DNA of 64,000 nt from Amphiscolops sp. MND2022 (lineage: Eukaryota): positions 50,036,001-50,100,000 of the forward strand of contig OZ076409.1 of assembly GCA_964187785.1 (NCBI GenBank), read 5' to 3'. Below are positions 11,288-24,298 of the stretch, one piece after another. The notes beneath the pieces were generated by a model. That model was not told where the DNA came from. It was given only the letters and a program-made list of their open reading frames with translations, and did not search any database. Each line of letters begins with the position of its first letter. Position 1 is the stretch's first letter. The position numbers and the translations under genes are program-made.

Positions 11288-11551
11288 ACTCTCTCTCAGT
11301 TCTTCTGTAACTCTCTTCCAGAACACTCGCCTGATATTTCTTCACAATTGCTACTCCTCCAACACTTGAAACTCTTGCAGAAATTCATCTTCCTCAGTCC
11401 AATAATACTTCTCTCATAATAACCATCTTCAAAAACTCTTCAACTAAAGTTGACAAATCCACTCGTTAGTGTAATTTATAGTACTTTAACTTTAAAGTGC
11501 TAAGGCCTCTTGGAATAGATAACACTGTGACTGTTGATGCTTTCTCAAACA

Positions 11552-12880
11552 ATGACACAAGCACAAATTGATCTACAAACACAGCTTGAACAAGCAACCC
11601 CAACAGATCTTATAACAAGACCTCTTTCAAATGATTCTCCTGTTCTCTATATTGACACTTCTGACAAAACACCTCCAACTTTTCTTGAACCAATGGAGCA
11701 CACAAAAGTTGAAAATGAAAATCCAAAACCTACTCCTCCACAAGATGATACTGATCATACACAATCGACACCACCTCCTCCAAAAAAGCGATATGAAATA
11801 ATGAAAGATCCAATCTTTCTTTCATCACCAATATATCCTCCTTCAATACCTTCAAAAATTTCACTTTGCACGAATTGCGATGATCATTTGATCTCAATTC
11901 TTTCCACTGACAATTTCGTCTTTAAAGCACAACTAACTTCTCTATATATGCATCCTACGGACTACTCATTTCGCTTATATGACAAAAATCAAGACTTCTT
12001 CACATCCATTGCTTCCAAAATAATGGGTCCATACCAATATTGGCTCGAGAATGGAGTTAAAATTTTCTCTCTCCAATTCAATTTTCTTAGACCTTCTATA
12101 TTCGATCTCAAAACGGATGAATCGGATCCATCCTTTCTCTCTATAGCACAAAAAGCTTCTCATCATCAGACATATACTAAATTTCTACAATACACGAAAC
12201 CACAAAATTATATTTTTGTCAAATACAAATATACATCACCGTTCACAATGACAAATATGTACACTCTCAATCACTCCTGTATAACAGGCTACCTTCGGAA
12301 CTATGACCCTATAAAGCAATACTTCTGTTTGCTTCCATATAACAATACTTCACGTCCACTTATTGTACCTCAAGAATATCTTATACATTACGATGATTTT
12401 TTGTTGCCTTGCAACATCCCTACTCAAATTGCAAAACCTCTTACTGTCATTAAACACCTCGTTTCTTCTCCACTTGACGATAAAGATAGAACATACTATA
12501 CAGCACTCTACAAACAAACGTATTCCTACAATGAACTTCTCTTTATATCTGCCAAAACTATCTCTTTCATGGTACAAGCTGAACAAAAAACTGAACATAA
12601 ATCACACACTTCGCCCATCAAAAACACTCATGACAAACTTTCCTCTGTATTAACCAATCGAACACTTCGAGACATAACAAATTTACTGGAACCCTATAAA
12701 CGAAACTCCTCTGAAACTCCTATCACAACACTCACACATATACTACACTGTTGTGACAGAACACTGAAACTCCTTCAGACACTCGATTTAGACTCTCAAC
12801 GCATCACTCAATCATCCCAAGCAATCCAAACTGCTTTGGAAACTATAACTACTCTTTTTAATTCAACTAATCTTCATTAA
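11552..12880 (+). CDS. Element 1 accessory ORF B, unknown function (~442 aa)
   Basis: Long uninterrupted ORF after env; Pro-rich N-terminus with PPKKR basic motif; same compositional bias as the element. Confidence 0.7.
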   Translation: MTQAQIDLQTQLEQATPTDLITRPLSNDSPVLYIDTSDKTPPTFLEPMEHTKVENENPKPTPPQDDTDHTQSTPPPPKKRYEIMKDPIFLSSPIYPPSIPSKISLCTNCDDHLISILSTDNFVFKAQLTSLYMHPTDYSFRLYDKNQDFFTSIASKIMGPYQYWLENGVKIFSLQFNFLRPSIFDLKTDESDPSFLSIAQKASHHQTYTKFLQYTKPQNYIFVKYKYTSPFTMTNMYTLNHSCITGYLRNYDPIKQYFCLLPYNNTSRPLIVPQEYLIHYDDFLLPCNIPTQIAKPLTVIKHLVSSPLDDKDRTYYTALYKQTYSYNELLFISAKTISFMVQAEQKTEHKSHTSPIKNTHDKLSSVLTNRTLRDITNLLEPYKRNSSETPITTLTHILHCCDRTLKLLQTLDLDSQRITQSSQAIQTALETITTLFNSTNLH

Positions 12881-13289
12881 ACTCCTCTACAGGTAATATA
12901 AAGTTTTAAATTTTCTTCTCTGGTACATTCTATGGTACATCTGTGGCACATTTTATCAGGTATTTTCATTTTTATTTAACGAAAATCCTTACTTCTGAAT
13001 GAAATCTCAGGACTGTTTTTTAAGTACACTCATTTTTCCTACAGTACATGTCAAAAACTAAATATTTTTTACTCAAAACACTACAATACAAGACATACAA
13101 GACAATATAAAATAACACTACATATGGTACATTATAGCACCCATTTTTGTTGTACATCTTTGACTTGATATTGTCATTCTTCTTACACTTCCTTTGTTTT
13201 AGAAACATCCATTCTTCCTTCTCCTTCATCCAAATTCTTTCAGAACATCCCAACTTCTCTTTCTTCGTATTCTTCAAACTCTCGTCATA

Positions 13290-13742
13290 ATGGCTCCAAA
13301 TGCTGAAAGAAACGACATTCTAACAATGACTTCAGAATTTTCGAAAGTACATAGTCTTAAAGCCGCCATATTTCATACCATGGCCTTCAAACTCTCGCTT
13401 GAGATTCACAAAAACAAAATTACGCCAAAATGTCTCATCGCTTTCTCAAAAGTACTCTACAATGTCACGCAAATAAAGAAAAAGAAAATCACTTTCGAGC
13501 AATACTCGCGAATCCATCTTCAAGGACCTAAAATTGCCATTTGTGAAACGGCATCTAATGTTGTTTTCGTCCTCAATTCGTCCTTTACTTCAAAGGATCA
13601 GTACTTTCGTGCTGCTATCCAAGAAGCTACAGATGCTTTTAATAATATGTTGCAAGATTTCGGGTATACTCAACAACTAGAACTTTATGACCCGATCCAA
13701 CACCAACCTCATCCTCCATCGCAAAACTCTCTCTTTCAATAA
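13290..13742 (+). CDS. Element 1 accessory ORF C, unknown function (150 aa)
   Basis: ATG in good context (ATAATGG), preceded by a pyrimidine tract and candidate acceptor TTCTTTCAG ending 13243; contains IKKKK. Confidence 0.55.
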   Translation: MAPNAERNDILTMTSEFSKVHSLKAAIFHTMAFKLSLEIHKNKITPKCLIAFSKVLYNVTQIKKKKITFEQYSRIHLQGPKIAICETASNVVFVLNSSFTSKDQYFRAAIQEATDAFNNMLQDFGYTQQLELYDPIQHQPHPPSQNSLFQ

Positions 13743-13979
13743 TCTCTAACACCAACTTCTACTTACTTCTATTTCACTCTTTGACTACATTTCGTCTCCA
13801 AATTCTTCATCTTCTTTCGATGATGCTTCGAAATGTGGTTGATGATTACTTCAAAGAACTCCTACACATGCTGAAACTCTTCACTTCACCCACCCACGAT
13901 GGTCAACAACATCCATCTACACTTTGGGTTCATCGACGTTGCCAAAAATTGTCCTCGTCATCAGTCTCCACCCTTCAAA

Positions 13980-14105
13980 TGCTGACTTCTTGACTGGTCT
14001 TCATCCTCCAATGCTGACTTCTTGACTGGTCTTCACACCTCAATTGCTGACTTTGTGAACTGGTCTTCTTCACACCTCAACTGCTGACTTCGTGAACTGG
14101 TCTTC
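13980..14105 (+). repeat. Four tandem ~32-36 bp units (TGCTGACTT..ACTGGTCTTC) in element 1 3' region
   Basis: Imperfect direct repeats read from the sequence. Confidence 0.8.
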
Positions 14106-15209
14106 ATACTTCAATGGCCAATACAAATTTCAAACTGAACTGTATAATCACTTATAATCAATATAACCTGTAACCCATTTTAATCAAATCATAATATAGA
14201 CTAGTGCTATATACTCGTATCTAAATTTTAGTGCTATATAATCTTATCTAATCGTAGTATACTAGTGCTATATACTCCTATCTAATCTTTCACGCTATAT
14301 AATCTTATTTAATCTTAATCTTATCTAACCATTGTATAACTAACCCCCATTAACCATAATCCTTCCCAAATTCTAACCATAATTATTCTTGTAACCACAA
14401 TATTATCTACTTCCATTGTATTGTGTATAGAACTTTAACATTATCTTACATAATTATCCACTTCAAAATACATTTTAATCCCCGTCTTTTTACAGAACAC
14501 AAGACCTACTTACAGCACAAGAAATTTTCTAAGATTTTTGGACAAAAATTTTTCTTTTACAAAACATGTCCTACAACTTTCCTTTAACCCTCAAAAGCAT
14601 TCCCAAAAAATTTTCTAAAATTTTCTTTCGAACTCTTAAAAATTGTCACTTGTAAAATATGTCACTTCTAGTTTTCAAATGTTTGAAACTTGAAATAGCC
14701 AAAGTTTTTTTTCAACTCTTGCTTCTGCTCTACTCTTCACTTTTGTTGAAAATGAACTCTCACTCCAACCTTGACTTTTCAAAACTTCTTCACTTTTGGT
14801 TCACATACCCGCCAATGTTGGTTCACAATTCATTGACAACTTCACGCTTTAATTCCTCAACTTGAAAAGTTTTCAATGCTGACTAACTCATGTTGATGAA
14901 ACAAACTTTTTCAACAAGCCGATGGCTGATACGTACGAAAAAGAAACATGAAAGAATAAATAGTTGTCAACAATAACTTCAAAGAACTTGTCAGTCAAAG
15001 AAACTGAAAGAACTTGAACCTGTTTGAACCTTTTTGCACCAATTGAATCGTCTATGACGTAAGAAGTCAAATCGTCTTAGGTTGTTCTCACTCCTTAAGT
15101 ATGGTACTCTACAAAACAAAACTCATGCAACTGTAATACAACATATATGAAACAAACCCATGCACATAACAAAAACTTCTAGAACTCCTCAAACTCAAAA
15201 GTGCATATA

Positions 15210-15653
15210 TGTAAATTTTATTTTTAAATTCCCGGTTGATTGTGATGCCATGATGCATGTCCTCAAAGATTTTATAAATCTGAAATACTCTGAACTCTTA
15301 ACAAAAGAATTTAGTAAATCTAATTGAATCTAGAAACCAATTATTCTAGAAGAAACTTCTTTTAATATATCCTGTACCAAGCTTCCCCAATTCATCCTGT
15401 TGATGTCACATTGTAATTGATGAAACCTACCCTAGTTAATAGAATATATCTACTTGGAGAAATTGAGAATTCTTCCTAGCAATCAGTCTTCTTCCAGCAC
15501 TTCAAGAACTGAGATCTCAGAAATAGATTGTACTCTGAACTAGCTAGCTACCAAGTATCAGATAAAAGATAAGACGACTCTGCTGTTAAAATCTTAGACT
15601 TCTTATGTCAGTTCTAACTCGTATAAAAGAAACAACTACAAAAACTTTTAACA
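15210..15653 (+). repeat. Putative 3' LTR of element 1
   Basis: Begins TGTAAA, ends TAACA, composition shifts near 15210 and host intron sequence follows; no second copy in window to confirm. Confidence 0.35.
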
Positions 15654-15687
15654 GCTCAACAGTAGAATGGTAAAACCAATCGCCTAC

Positions 15688-15900
15688 CTGCGGATGTTCC
15701 GTATACTTCTATTTCACAAAACGCCATTATGTGATTCCACGAGAACAAAGAGATGCTATTGGCTACTCTCATGGTTCCAGTGCATTGAACTGAAGTCCAC
15801 TCTCCTGCTTTCGACTCTCCCACGTAGCCACAAGAAGAGCAGCCGTAGCCTTCCGAACACAGAATAATTGAAACATTTTGCATCAACCCAGCGAACATCT
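15688..15900 (-). CDS. Host gene exon: C-terminal half of F-type lectin/discoidin-like domain
   Basis: Acceptor CTCTTTTCAG, donor GTAGGC, phase 1-1; encodes EMFAGLMQNVSI..WTSVQC..MAFCEIEVYG, matching the LCEVEVYG-type end of FTP/F5/8C domains. Confidence 0.8.
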
Positions 15901-16338
15901 CTGAAAAGAGTTGAAGAACCCGTATTCTATTGAAGAACTCACGTTCACTGCAAAGCCAAATAAAACGTGAAAAATATCAACTCTTCGAGTTTTTCTTTGA
16001 AGTTGAAACAGTTATGTTCGCTTCATTTTCTGTAATACTTAATAGTTAATACTTCCAAATTTTTGAAAATATATTTATGTCCTAAATTGCGTGCCAAACT
16101 CTCTGAAGGTTGTTGAGTCTGCGATCGGCTCGAAAGTTCGAAAAACATTCGCTCAATTATTATATCTGAATAAAGATATGCTGCACAAATTCTCATATTA
16201 CTTAAATGTTCAAAAATTTGACAGACAACCGATGCATTGAACTTGGAAACAATACAGAAGTCAGTTTTATCAAGTTTTTGGAAAAAAACTTCGATAGTTG
16301 TTCAAGAAATATGACATTGAATCTTCCGAAGCATTCAC

Positions 16339-16593
16339 CTGATCCTTGGACATTCAGAATAAATACTTTGTTTACAATTGAGAAAGGAATTCTGTATGAG
16401 GCAATGACATATCCCATTTCGGCGTTTCTCGACATAAAACACTGATTCATCGAACGTGCAAGAACTCCATCGATCGTATTCTCTACTTTTGTCTCTGGAA
16501 AATTGGAGGCTGTTCCAAAGTTGTATGTCAACGCTTCCAAAATCTGAATCTTGGAGAATGCGCTGTTGATGGTCGTGGTTGTTGCGGTACCTG
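16339..16593 (-). CDS. Host gene exon: Thr-rich linker plus N-terminal half of F-type lectin-like domain
   Basis: Acceptor TTTTTGCAG(CAG), donor GTGAAT, phase 1-1; AGTATTTTINS..ENTIDG..QCFMS..VNKVFILN; splices in frame to both neighbours. Confidence 0.8.
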
Positions 16594-16939
16594 CTGCAAA
16601 AATTATCAGAATGTTTCTGAATTTTTTGAAAAAATGAGAGCTTTATGCTTGTTTTCTTTAGTTTTCATTTCAACGTTGTTAACTATAGATAAAATTGCTA
16701 AAATATAGTAGTTTTTCAATTTGTTTTGTTATAATTTTGATCTATCGGGCATTCTTTGTCCGATAGGGCATCCTTTGTCCGAAGTCATTATATGCTTTTT
16801 TTGCGGAGAATCAGTTAGTCTAATCTAAGCTTTCGCGTACACGATTCCGGAAAGAGTTCATTTTTTTGAAGTTCTTGTATGTTTATTTTTCATTCTTGTG
16901 GTGGTTCGTATACATGTGATTGAAAAATTGTAAACTTAC

Positions 16940-17068
16940 CATATGAAGTCGCACTTTGATCAATTACTGTGGCGGTGCAGTCAATTTCATCTGTGCCAGT
17001 AAGACAATCTTCGACACCATCGCATCTCAGAGAAGAGCAGATGTAGATGCCATCGTCACATAAGAATC
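16940..17068 (-). CDS. Host gene exon: LDL-receptor class A repeat
   Basis: Acceptor TCTTTGTTAG, donor GTAAGT, 129 nt phase 1-1; FLCDDGIYICSSLRCDGVEDCLTGTDEIDC fits the LDLa CDG..DC....DE..C signature. Confidence 0.88.
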
Positions 17069-17152
17069 CTAACAAAGAGCAAACGAAGATGAAAACTGAC
17101 AGTTTAGAAGCAAATGTCTCGGATTTTCAAACTTGAGGCTATAGTTAGGTGC

Positions 17153-18180
17153 TGTCATGCCTGATGCATGAAAATACAAACAGCGATGTAGATAACTATC
17201 CTACATACAAAGGTGAAGGAGTAAACCGACGAACTGAGAACGAACACTGAAGAAGAAAAGAAATGTAGTGAACCAAACCACATCACAAAACTTGAACGCG
17301 AATTTACCAAATGCATCATCGTTATAAAATCTGCAAACAACTTTGCTATATTCACCCATATTTCGTACATGTACTGCATATACCTTGTAAACCAAACTCG
17401 CAACATTTTAGTTGGCTACGAAAGTAATGTAGGTGATGTACCATCATCAGATTTTTCGTTTCAATATTATTAGTCACGTGATTAACAGATGCAATATCCA
17501 TTCACTCATATGATGCTAGTAGTGTAACCACATTATAATACCAAGTATTGAGTCATGTAACTATAGCAACGCAATTCAACGCAATTGCATTTTTGTTTCA
17601 ATGCTACGCAAAAATTGCGCAATTACCAACCAAGGTGTGAACGAACACTAAGATATGATTGGTTGATGTGGTCACGTGACCAACGTCGCCATAATTGACA
17701 CCAGCCAATATAGTACCACCAGTAGATTTTGTGTAGTTATTACGTACAGTTGCTTACCACATTAGTTCTCGATATTGCAAAATTCAACATTTCCAACCTA
17801 CTACTATCAACATTCAATAAACTCTTAAAACTCCATTTATTCTTCACAATGGTCAATACTCGTTCCCAAGTAAGAAGTTCTATCCCAGTGTTTATGAGCG
17901 GGATGGATAAGCATGACAGAAGTAGCAGATACAGAAAGTGAATGTAGTGTACCTGAAGTCCTTTCTAGAGACCAAATTGATGAGTTAGACAATGGAAACC
18001 TTATCCGTACTGATAACAACTCAGAGCAAAGATCGATTGATCAGCGCTTTTCAGACGTGAATAAACAAATTAGCGATCTTACTGGATTAGTTCTAGCATT
18101 AACCGAAAAGTTATCCTCCAATGTTGAAGAAGGGAACAATCAGAGTACAGCGTCAGACAAGACCTGTGCACGTTCCGACA
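17153..18180 (+). repeat. 5' LTR of element 2
   Basis: TGTCATG..CCGACA, 1028 bp; about 20 substitutions and 1 indel versus 31176-32202 by manual count; AATAAA at 17816. Confidence 0.97.
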
Positions 18181-19374
18181 TGGTGACAGGAGTCTCTCCA
18201 ACCAACTACCTGACGAACCCACACCCGACACTTCAGTCTACATCCAGATACCCTCAGCCACCCGCCGACCAGTTCGACGACATAGTCAACGAAATCCACC
18301 ACCTGAGAGACACAATGACGGATACAGTGCAACATCCCAAAATCTTGCACACACAAGTCCCGCTTTTCAGAGGAAACCGGGAAAAATACATTGAATTTGA
18401 ACACTTGCTGCTCAACCAGCTCAGACCACATCAACACAAACTGTCCGAAGAGCAAAACTCACGTACTTCCAGAGCTTGCTGCGAGACGACGCCATCGAGT
18501 TCTGGCAATCGCTGAAAATGACAAGCCAAACCACACTCGCCCAAGTCCTTCGCTACTTCAAGAAAGAGTACGCGAAAGAAGATGTGAAGGAAGTAGCGAA
18601 ATACAAATTTGACCAAATGCGCTACGACCCAACAGCTGAGACGTTCAATGACTTCCTAAACAAATTCAAGAAAGTGGCGAAACAAGCATTTGGGGACAAA
18701 TCTAGTGATATAACGGTAACATTCCTGTTCGCCAAACTCCCCGTCCAAATGCAAAACGAATTGGCTATGGCTGGGAAACACGATGCATCCATGGAGGAAA
18801 TCCGGACATTTGTCCAACGCAGATGTCAATACACCCAGCTCATACCAAATACGACAGCGCAACCATTCAACCAAATCAGCGCTCCACAACCCAACGTAGC
18901 AGCACCGCAGTCATCCAACTCCCAACCAACCCAAAACAGGGAGACAAAGCGCAAATTTGACGAGCAATGTCGCCACTGCGGAATCACCGGACACAAATGG
19001 GCCGAATGCCGAAAGCGCCTCAGAGAGGAAGCGCACAACAAAACAACTACTCACAACCAACAACAGCCAACCCAACCCACCAATACCCAGGACGTCAAAC
19101 CCAAATACAATCCCAAATTGGTGTGCCAGATATGTGGCAAGTGGGACACTCCGCCCGAGACTGCTATTACAGAAAAACGACGACGTCAGCCTACCGAAGC
19201 GTCCCGTATTCTAAGCAGTCGACAGAGGAGAACAAGCAATTCCGCCGAGATTTTAGGCAGACCAACAACAGGATCTACAACACGAACGAATTGTCCCACG
19301 CCACCAACGACGAAACCGACAATGCTGAGGAAATGGAGAGACACGATGACGTAGAAGATCCAAAAATCTTCTAA
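17849..19374 (+). pseudogene. gag: Gag of element 2, frameshifted
   Basis: MVNTRSQ start within LTR, VPLFRG/LRDDAIEFW capsid-like region, knuckles CRHCGITGHKWAEC and CQICGK/VGHSARDC split over several frames. Confidence 0.85.
18181..18193 (+). promoter_or_regulatory. Primer-binding site of element 2 (TGGTGACAGGAGT)
   Basis: Directly follows the LTR; TGG start; identical 13-mer in element 3; one mismatch from the complement of a typical tRNA-Leu 3' end (inference). Confidence 0.8.
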
Positions 19375-22300
19375 AGCCACGTCATCCTCAGCAATCATAC
19401 AAAAGTGCGCTATTAAACCAACAACCACAAACTACGACTCCGACTCGCCTACATACTGGAAACCACACGGGTTGGCAGTCCCGTCCTCCAACTTACACTA
19501 AAGAGACTACAAACTTTGTCATCACCAGACACTCGACTGACACTTATACCATTAAACCGAGATAGATGAAGCCAAGACCCGAAGTCAACAACATCAATCA
19601 GCTCCCCCCAATGACACAGTCCTCGATCAACCAAATGCTGATACAACGACCACATCTGCCAAATCACTGAAACCACCAAAAAAACCGAAGTATGAAATAC
19701 GTCAGCTGAGTGCCACCCTCCAACTCAACAAAAAAGACAGGATACTCTATGTACCACTTCAATTCCGTGCATATGAGAACTTCGGTCTACTCGACACCGG
19801 AGCAATCCAAAGCGCCCTCTCAGAAGCTGAACTCCGTCGCATCCTCACTGCTCACCCAGCAGCCCTCCTTGAAGAACTCCCCGCCCCGGAGTTCAAGGTA
19901 CAGATCGCCAATGGTAACGTCGTGCCTGTGAGAAAACAAGTCCTCCTACGATTTTTCATCGGCGGTAAGATCTTCGAGGAGACATTCATGGTCCTCCCGA
20001 CAATGGGGAACATCCTCATAGGAATGTCTTTCTTTAAAAAGTATTCCGTCACCCTAGATCTGGCCAACAACATCGTCAAATTCCCGGACATCACACTCCA
20101 ATTGCGACCAGTCAACGGGAGTTTCAAAAACAAGCTGCTAGAACTGAAGACCACACAGAAGATAGTGCTCCAGCCCAATCAACAAGTCTTCGCACCAGTA
20201 GTGATTGAACGTGATCTTGGTGACATCACCGGTACGGTTGAAGGACTACCAGCCTTTGAACGACGCACACAACTACTGGTATCACCGGCTCTAAGCGAAA
20301 CCCAGTTGGGCCGGACTCATGTCCAGATCACCAATCCGCTAGATTACCAGATAACAATCAATGTGGGCACGGCTGTAGCATCATTCAAAATATTGACGCC
20401 GAAACAAGCAACCAACCTGCAGCCAATGACCAATCACCAACTGAATCTGATTTCACAGTACCCAGAGGAAGCCGAAGCCGTCCTGAACCAGATTTTCCAG
20501 GACCCTACTGCCAAATCAGACAGACGATGGTATCCTACCCCTGAGACATGCGACGACCCGTCAAAATTGAACAAAATCGAGAAACGTATCTATGAGGAGA
20601 TCGTCAAACTCAGGGAACAGGAGAAACTTGACCCAAAGACGAGCAATGAGCAGCGGCATGAATTTCTGGCAAATTTTCAGTGGGAACAATCAATACTGAG
20701 CCCGCACGAGAACAGCAAGTTGAGGCCCTATTGGTTAAATACCATGACATCTTCGCCAGGCATAGATTAGACATCGGGATCAACACTGAATTCAAGATAA
20801 AGTTGACTCCTAAGCACGATGAACCAGTTTATGCACAAAGTTTGCCTACACAAACGAACTTGAAAGACGACCTCCTAGTTGAATTGGCGTTGATGCAGGA
20901 GTACGGGATAATCACAACATTGCCGTACAGCAAATATTCATCACCCATCTTCGCCCAACGGAAACCGAGTGGAAAACTGAGAATCCTCGTAGACCTTAGG
21001 AGGATCAACCACCTACTGAAGAATGACTACAACCAGCATAACCACCCAGTAACGACGATGGCCGATGCAGCACAACACATGGCTGGAAAGCGATATTGCT
21101 GCAAACTGGATTGTTCGCAAGCGTACCACTGCTTACAGATGGCAGATGAACAGTCAATTCAGTTACTCGCATTCAATTTCGGAACATTTGCCTTCCTCAG
21201 GCTAGCCCAAGGATTAAACCGGTCCCTGTCAGCCTTCAATAGTAATGTTCGAGAGTATTTGGACCCCTTGGTCAAGACTGACAAGTGTGCCCAGTACGTT
21301 GACGACATCGGCATTGCAGCCAGCACTGTCGAAAAACTAGTCGACAACATCGAGGCCGTCTTCACCAAAGTCAGGCAAGCAGGACTCAAACTTTCGATGT
21401 CGAAGTGTGCATTTGGTCATCCTGAGATCGAATTCCTCGGAAGAAGCATCATTACCAAAGGCATCGGGCCCATTGAAAAAAAGATTGACGACTTCCTGAA
21501 AAATATCAAACTGCCGACTTCAGTGAAATCACTTCAACGGTATATTGGGTTTGTGCAGTTCTACCGGCAGTACATACCGAGGCTAGCTGAGGAATTAGTG
21601 CCCCTATACAAGTTGTTGCAAAAAGACGTCAAATTCCAACTCACGCAAGTTTACAAAGACGCGATATTTGACATCAACGAAAACTTGGCGAATGCTGCTA
21701 AGATGTCATTGAGGTTACTACCACTTCCGGACAAACAGCTAGTGATCATGTGCGATGCTAGCGAGCATGCAGTTGGATACGTTCTCTTGATTGAGGACTA
21801 CACTGAGACGAGTGACGGACCGACGAAGTCATACGCACCAGTAGCCTTTGGTTCACAAGGTTCACCGAGGTCCAGATGTCACTCACGATGTACGCAAAAG
21901 AGTTCCAGGCTATGCACTTCGCCTTCGACGAGTTTGCCATTATCTTGTGGGGCGTGAAGAAACCAACCATAGTCATGACGGACAACAAAGCCCTCACAAG
22001 ATTCTTCCAGTCAAAGCGGATACCACCCAAGTTGTGGAACTACTGCGACCAAGCCCTCCAATTCGACTTCGTCCTGGCCCACATCCCTGGCGTCGAGAAT
22101 CCAGCAGCCGACTACCTGTCCAGGATCGACATCAACCCAGCAGACAGGATCCACCTCAAGCTGCACAATGAGAAACCGGTCTTCAAGGTGGAAATCGACC
22201 TGGCATTCAAGACGCCCAAACAAGACGATGACGAGGAGGAGTACATCCCGGACGACAATGATGTACCAGACGTCACCACGTCATCGAACACAACATTGCA

Positions 22301-24298
22301 GACGTTAACGACGATGTTCTCACAACAACACCGTGAAAGTGAGGAACAATACAACAGACGTATCGAGGGGATCAGGTCCAAAATAAAACCATTCGTGACG
22401 CCCTCTGACCCAGCTCTTCTCTTCACTCGATTCCACCGACGGGACCAGGTCCACACGGTAAATCAGGTATGCCCTTCGGGGGTTTCAGAAATTGTTAGGC
22501 TCAAGGCGAAAGTAGTGACGTACAACGTGTAATTAGGAGCCTTACTGTCCAAGAAACTTCTCCGAACCACGTGAACTTCGAAAGTACCTGTTTTCAAAAA
22601 CTGTTCAAGAACCGTAAAAGACTTGAAGTGGTAAACAACGTCTTGTACAGGCAGTTTTCTGATAATTTAGGACACCTAGCTTACCGACAAATTGTAGTTC
22701 CTCCAGAAACTACTGAAGCCATACTCAGGACGATGCATGGCGACCCCATGCAGGGACACCCTGGCGATTCCAAAATGCTAAGTGAACTAAGAAAAAGGTA
22801 CTACATTCCAAACCTAACCGAAAAAGTTCAAGAGTTTGTAAACAACTGCCAAGAATGTATTAAAGTAAAATCTGCAACACCGAATACCTTAGTGCCTCCA
22901 CTCGAACCAATATATGACCCCTGCAACGGCCCTGAAGATATCCTTGAAATCGATCTCGTAGGTGAGTTACCGCGATCTAATGGGTACTCACACATTCTGA
23001 CGGCCTGTGACTATTTCTCGCGATATCTGTTTGCCATTCCGATCCGTGAACCTGATACGAAATCCATCGTTGACGCCCTGCTAGACATTTTTACGAAACA
23101 CGTATACGTGCCAAAACACATCATCACTGACAAAGGCTCCGCCTTCACATCACAAGTCATAACTGAGCTGATGGACAAAGATGGGATCAAAGTCTCCCAC
23201 GCGACAATCAAACATGCCCAAATATTGGGATGATCGAAAGGTCGCATTAACGTTTGAAAGAGATTCTGAAAAGAAACGTTTCCGTAGACCGCCCACAATG
23301 GGACCGATACGTCAATCTCGCTGTGATGGCACACAACACGACATACCACCAGACTCTAAAATGTTCTCCAACTGAAGTCTTCCATGGCCGAGTACCATAC
23401 AACGCACTAGATCTGAAATTCAGCAACCCCCTCAATCCGCCTCGAAACGCTGTTGACGCGAAGACGTTAGTGGATAACCTGAATGCGAAATTCAAAGAGA
23501 CACACACCAACATAATCCTTGCTTTCCATAAGTACAAGGCGTACTATGACAGGAAAGCGCAAGCGTCACCCTTAAAAGTAAACGACTTTGCCTTTTTACT
23601 GAACCCCAAAATTGGCAAGCAATCCGAAAAAAATCTCTTTCAACTCTTTCAAATGGGAAGGGCCTTACAAGGTGTTCAAAGTCCTGTCACAGTCAAACTA
23701 TATCATCAGAAAAATTGGTACATTCCGAACACAATGTGTACATAGAATGGGGCTTCGCCCATTCGTACCACACGATCCCATTGAAGACATACACGACGAT
23801 ACATCCCAATACTATAGCGACCCTGACGCAATTGATGATTAATCAATATTCAACGATAATCTGCCTGCACTCGAAACGCCACCGTCAGCTGGAAACACAG
23901 TGGAACTAGACACAAACGAAATTGACACAATCGACTCTGAGCATGGAACAATCTCTTACGAACGGAAAAGAGTTCACGAGGTACCACCTCTGCATAACCC
24001 TCTACCTGAGACCGTTCACACCGATCGTGCGCACCGATCTGAAGCTGAAAAACAATCTAATGAAACAGACACACCGTTTCCTGACCACGAGCCTGAACAA
24101 CAAGTCCAGTCAAATAATGATGCGGAATCGACCACATCATCTGCCGAAACGTCTCAACCAATTACACGAAATAACATTACCCGATACAGCCGTCGCGAAG
24201 CACCCGTGCCTACAACGTTTGACAACTTTCTTGTTCATGAACTGCAAGCAAAGCCCGCACTCTTAAAATTCATGCAACGCAAGTTTGCAAGCCAATAG
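19370..24298 (+). pseudogene. pol: Pol of element 2, multiple frameshifts and stops
   Basis: LLDTGA (protease, ~19790), QYVDDIGI (RT), MCDASE/MTDNKAL (RNase H), HGDPMQGH..CQEC, EIDLVG, ITDKGS (integrase), EGPY. Confidence 0.92.

Larger units (their letters stand above)
1..15653 (+). mobile_element. Element 1: env-bearing Ty3/Gypsy LTR retroelement (endogenous-virus-like), 5' part outside window
   Basis: gag with CCHC knuckle, pol in PR-RT-RH-IN order, glycoprotein ORF and three further ORFs, all on + strand with visibly G-poor composition. The right end (..TTTTAACA at 15653) is inferred because the 5' LTR is not in the window. Confidence 0.9.

Noticed and set aside
1331..12653. Short alternative-frame and minus-strand ORFs overlapping element 1 genes
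   Set aside because: Shadows of the long ORFs and compositional bias.
13980..14105. ~33-bp repeats suggestive of a CRISPR array
   Set aside because: Units are directly adjacent without unique spacers, context is eukaryotic, and no cas genes are present.
14580..15070. Possible antisense ORF in element 1 3' region
   Set aside because: Stops in all minus frames beyond about 60 codons; no recognisable motif.
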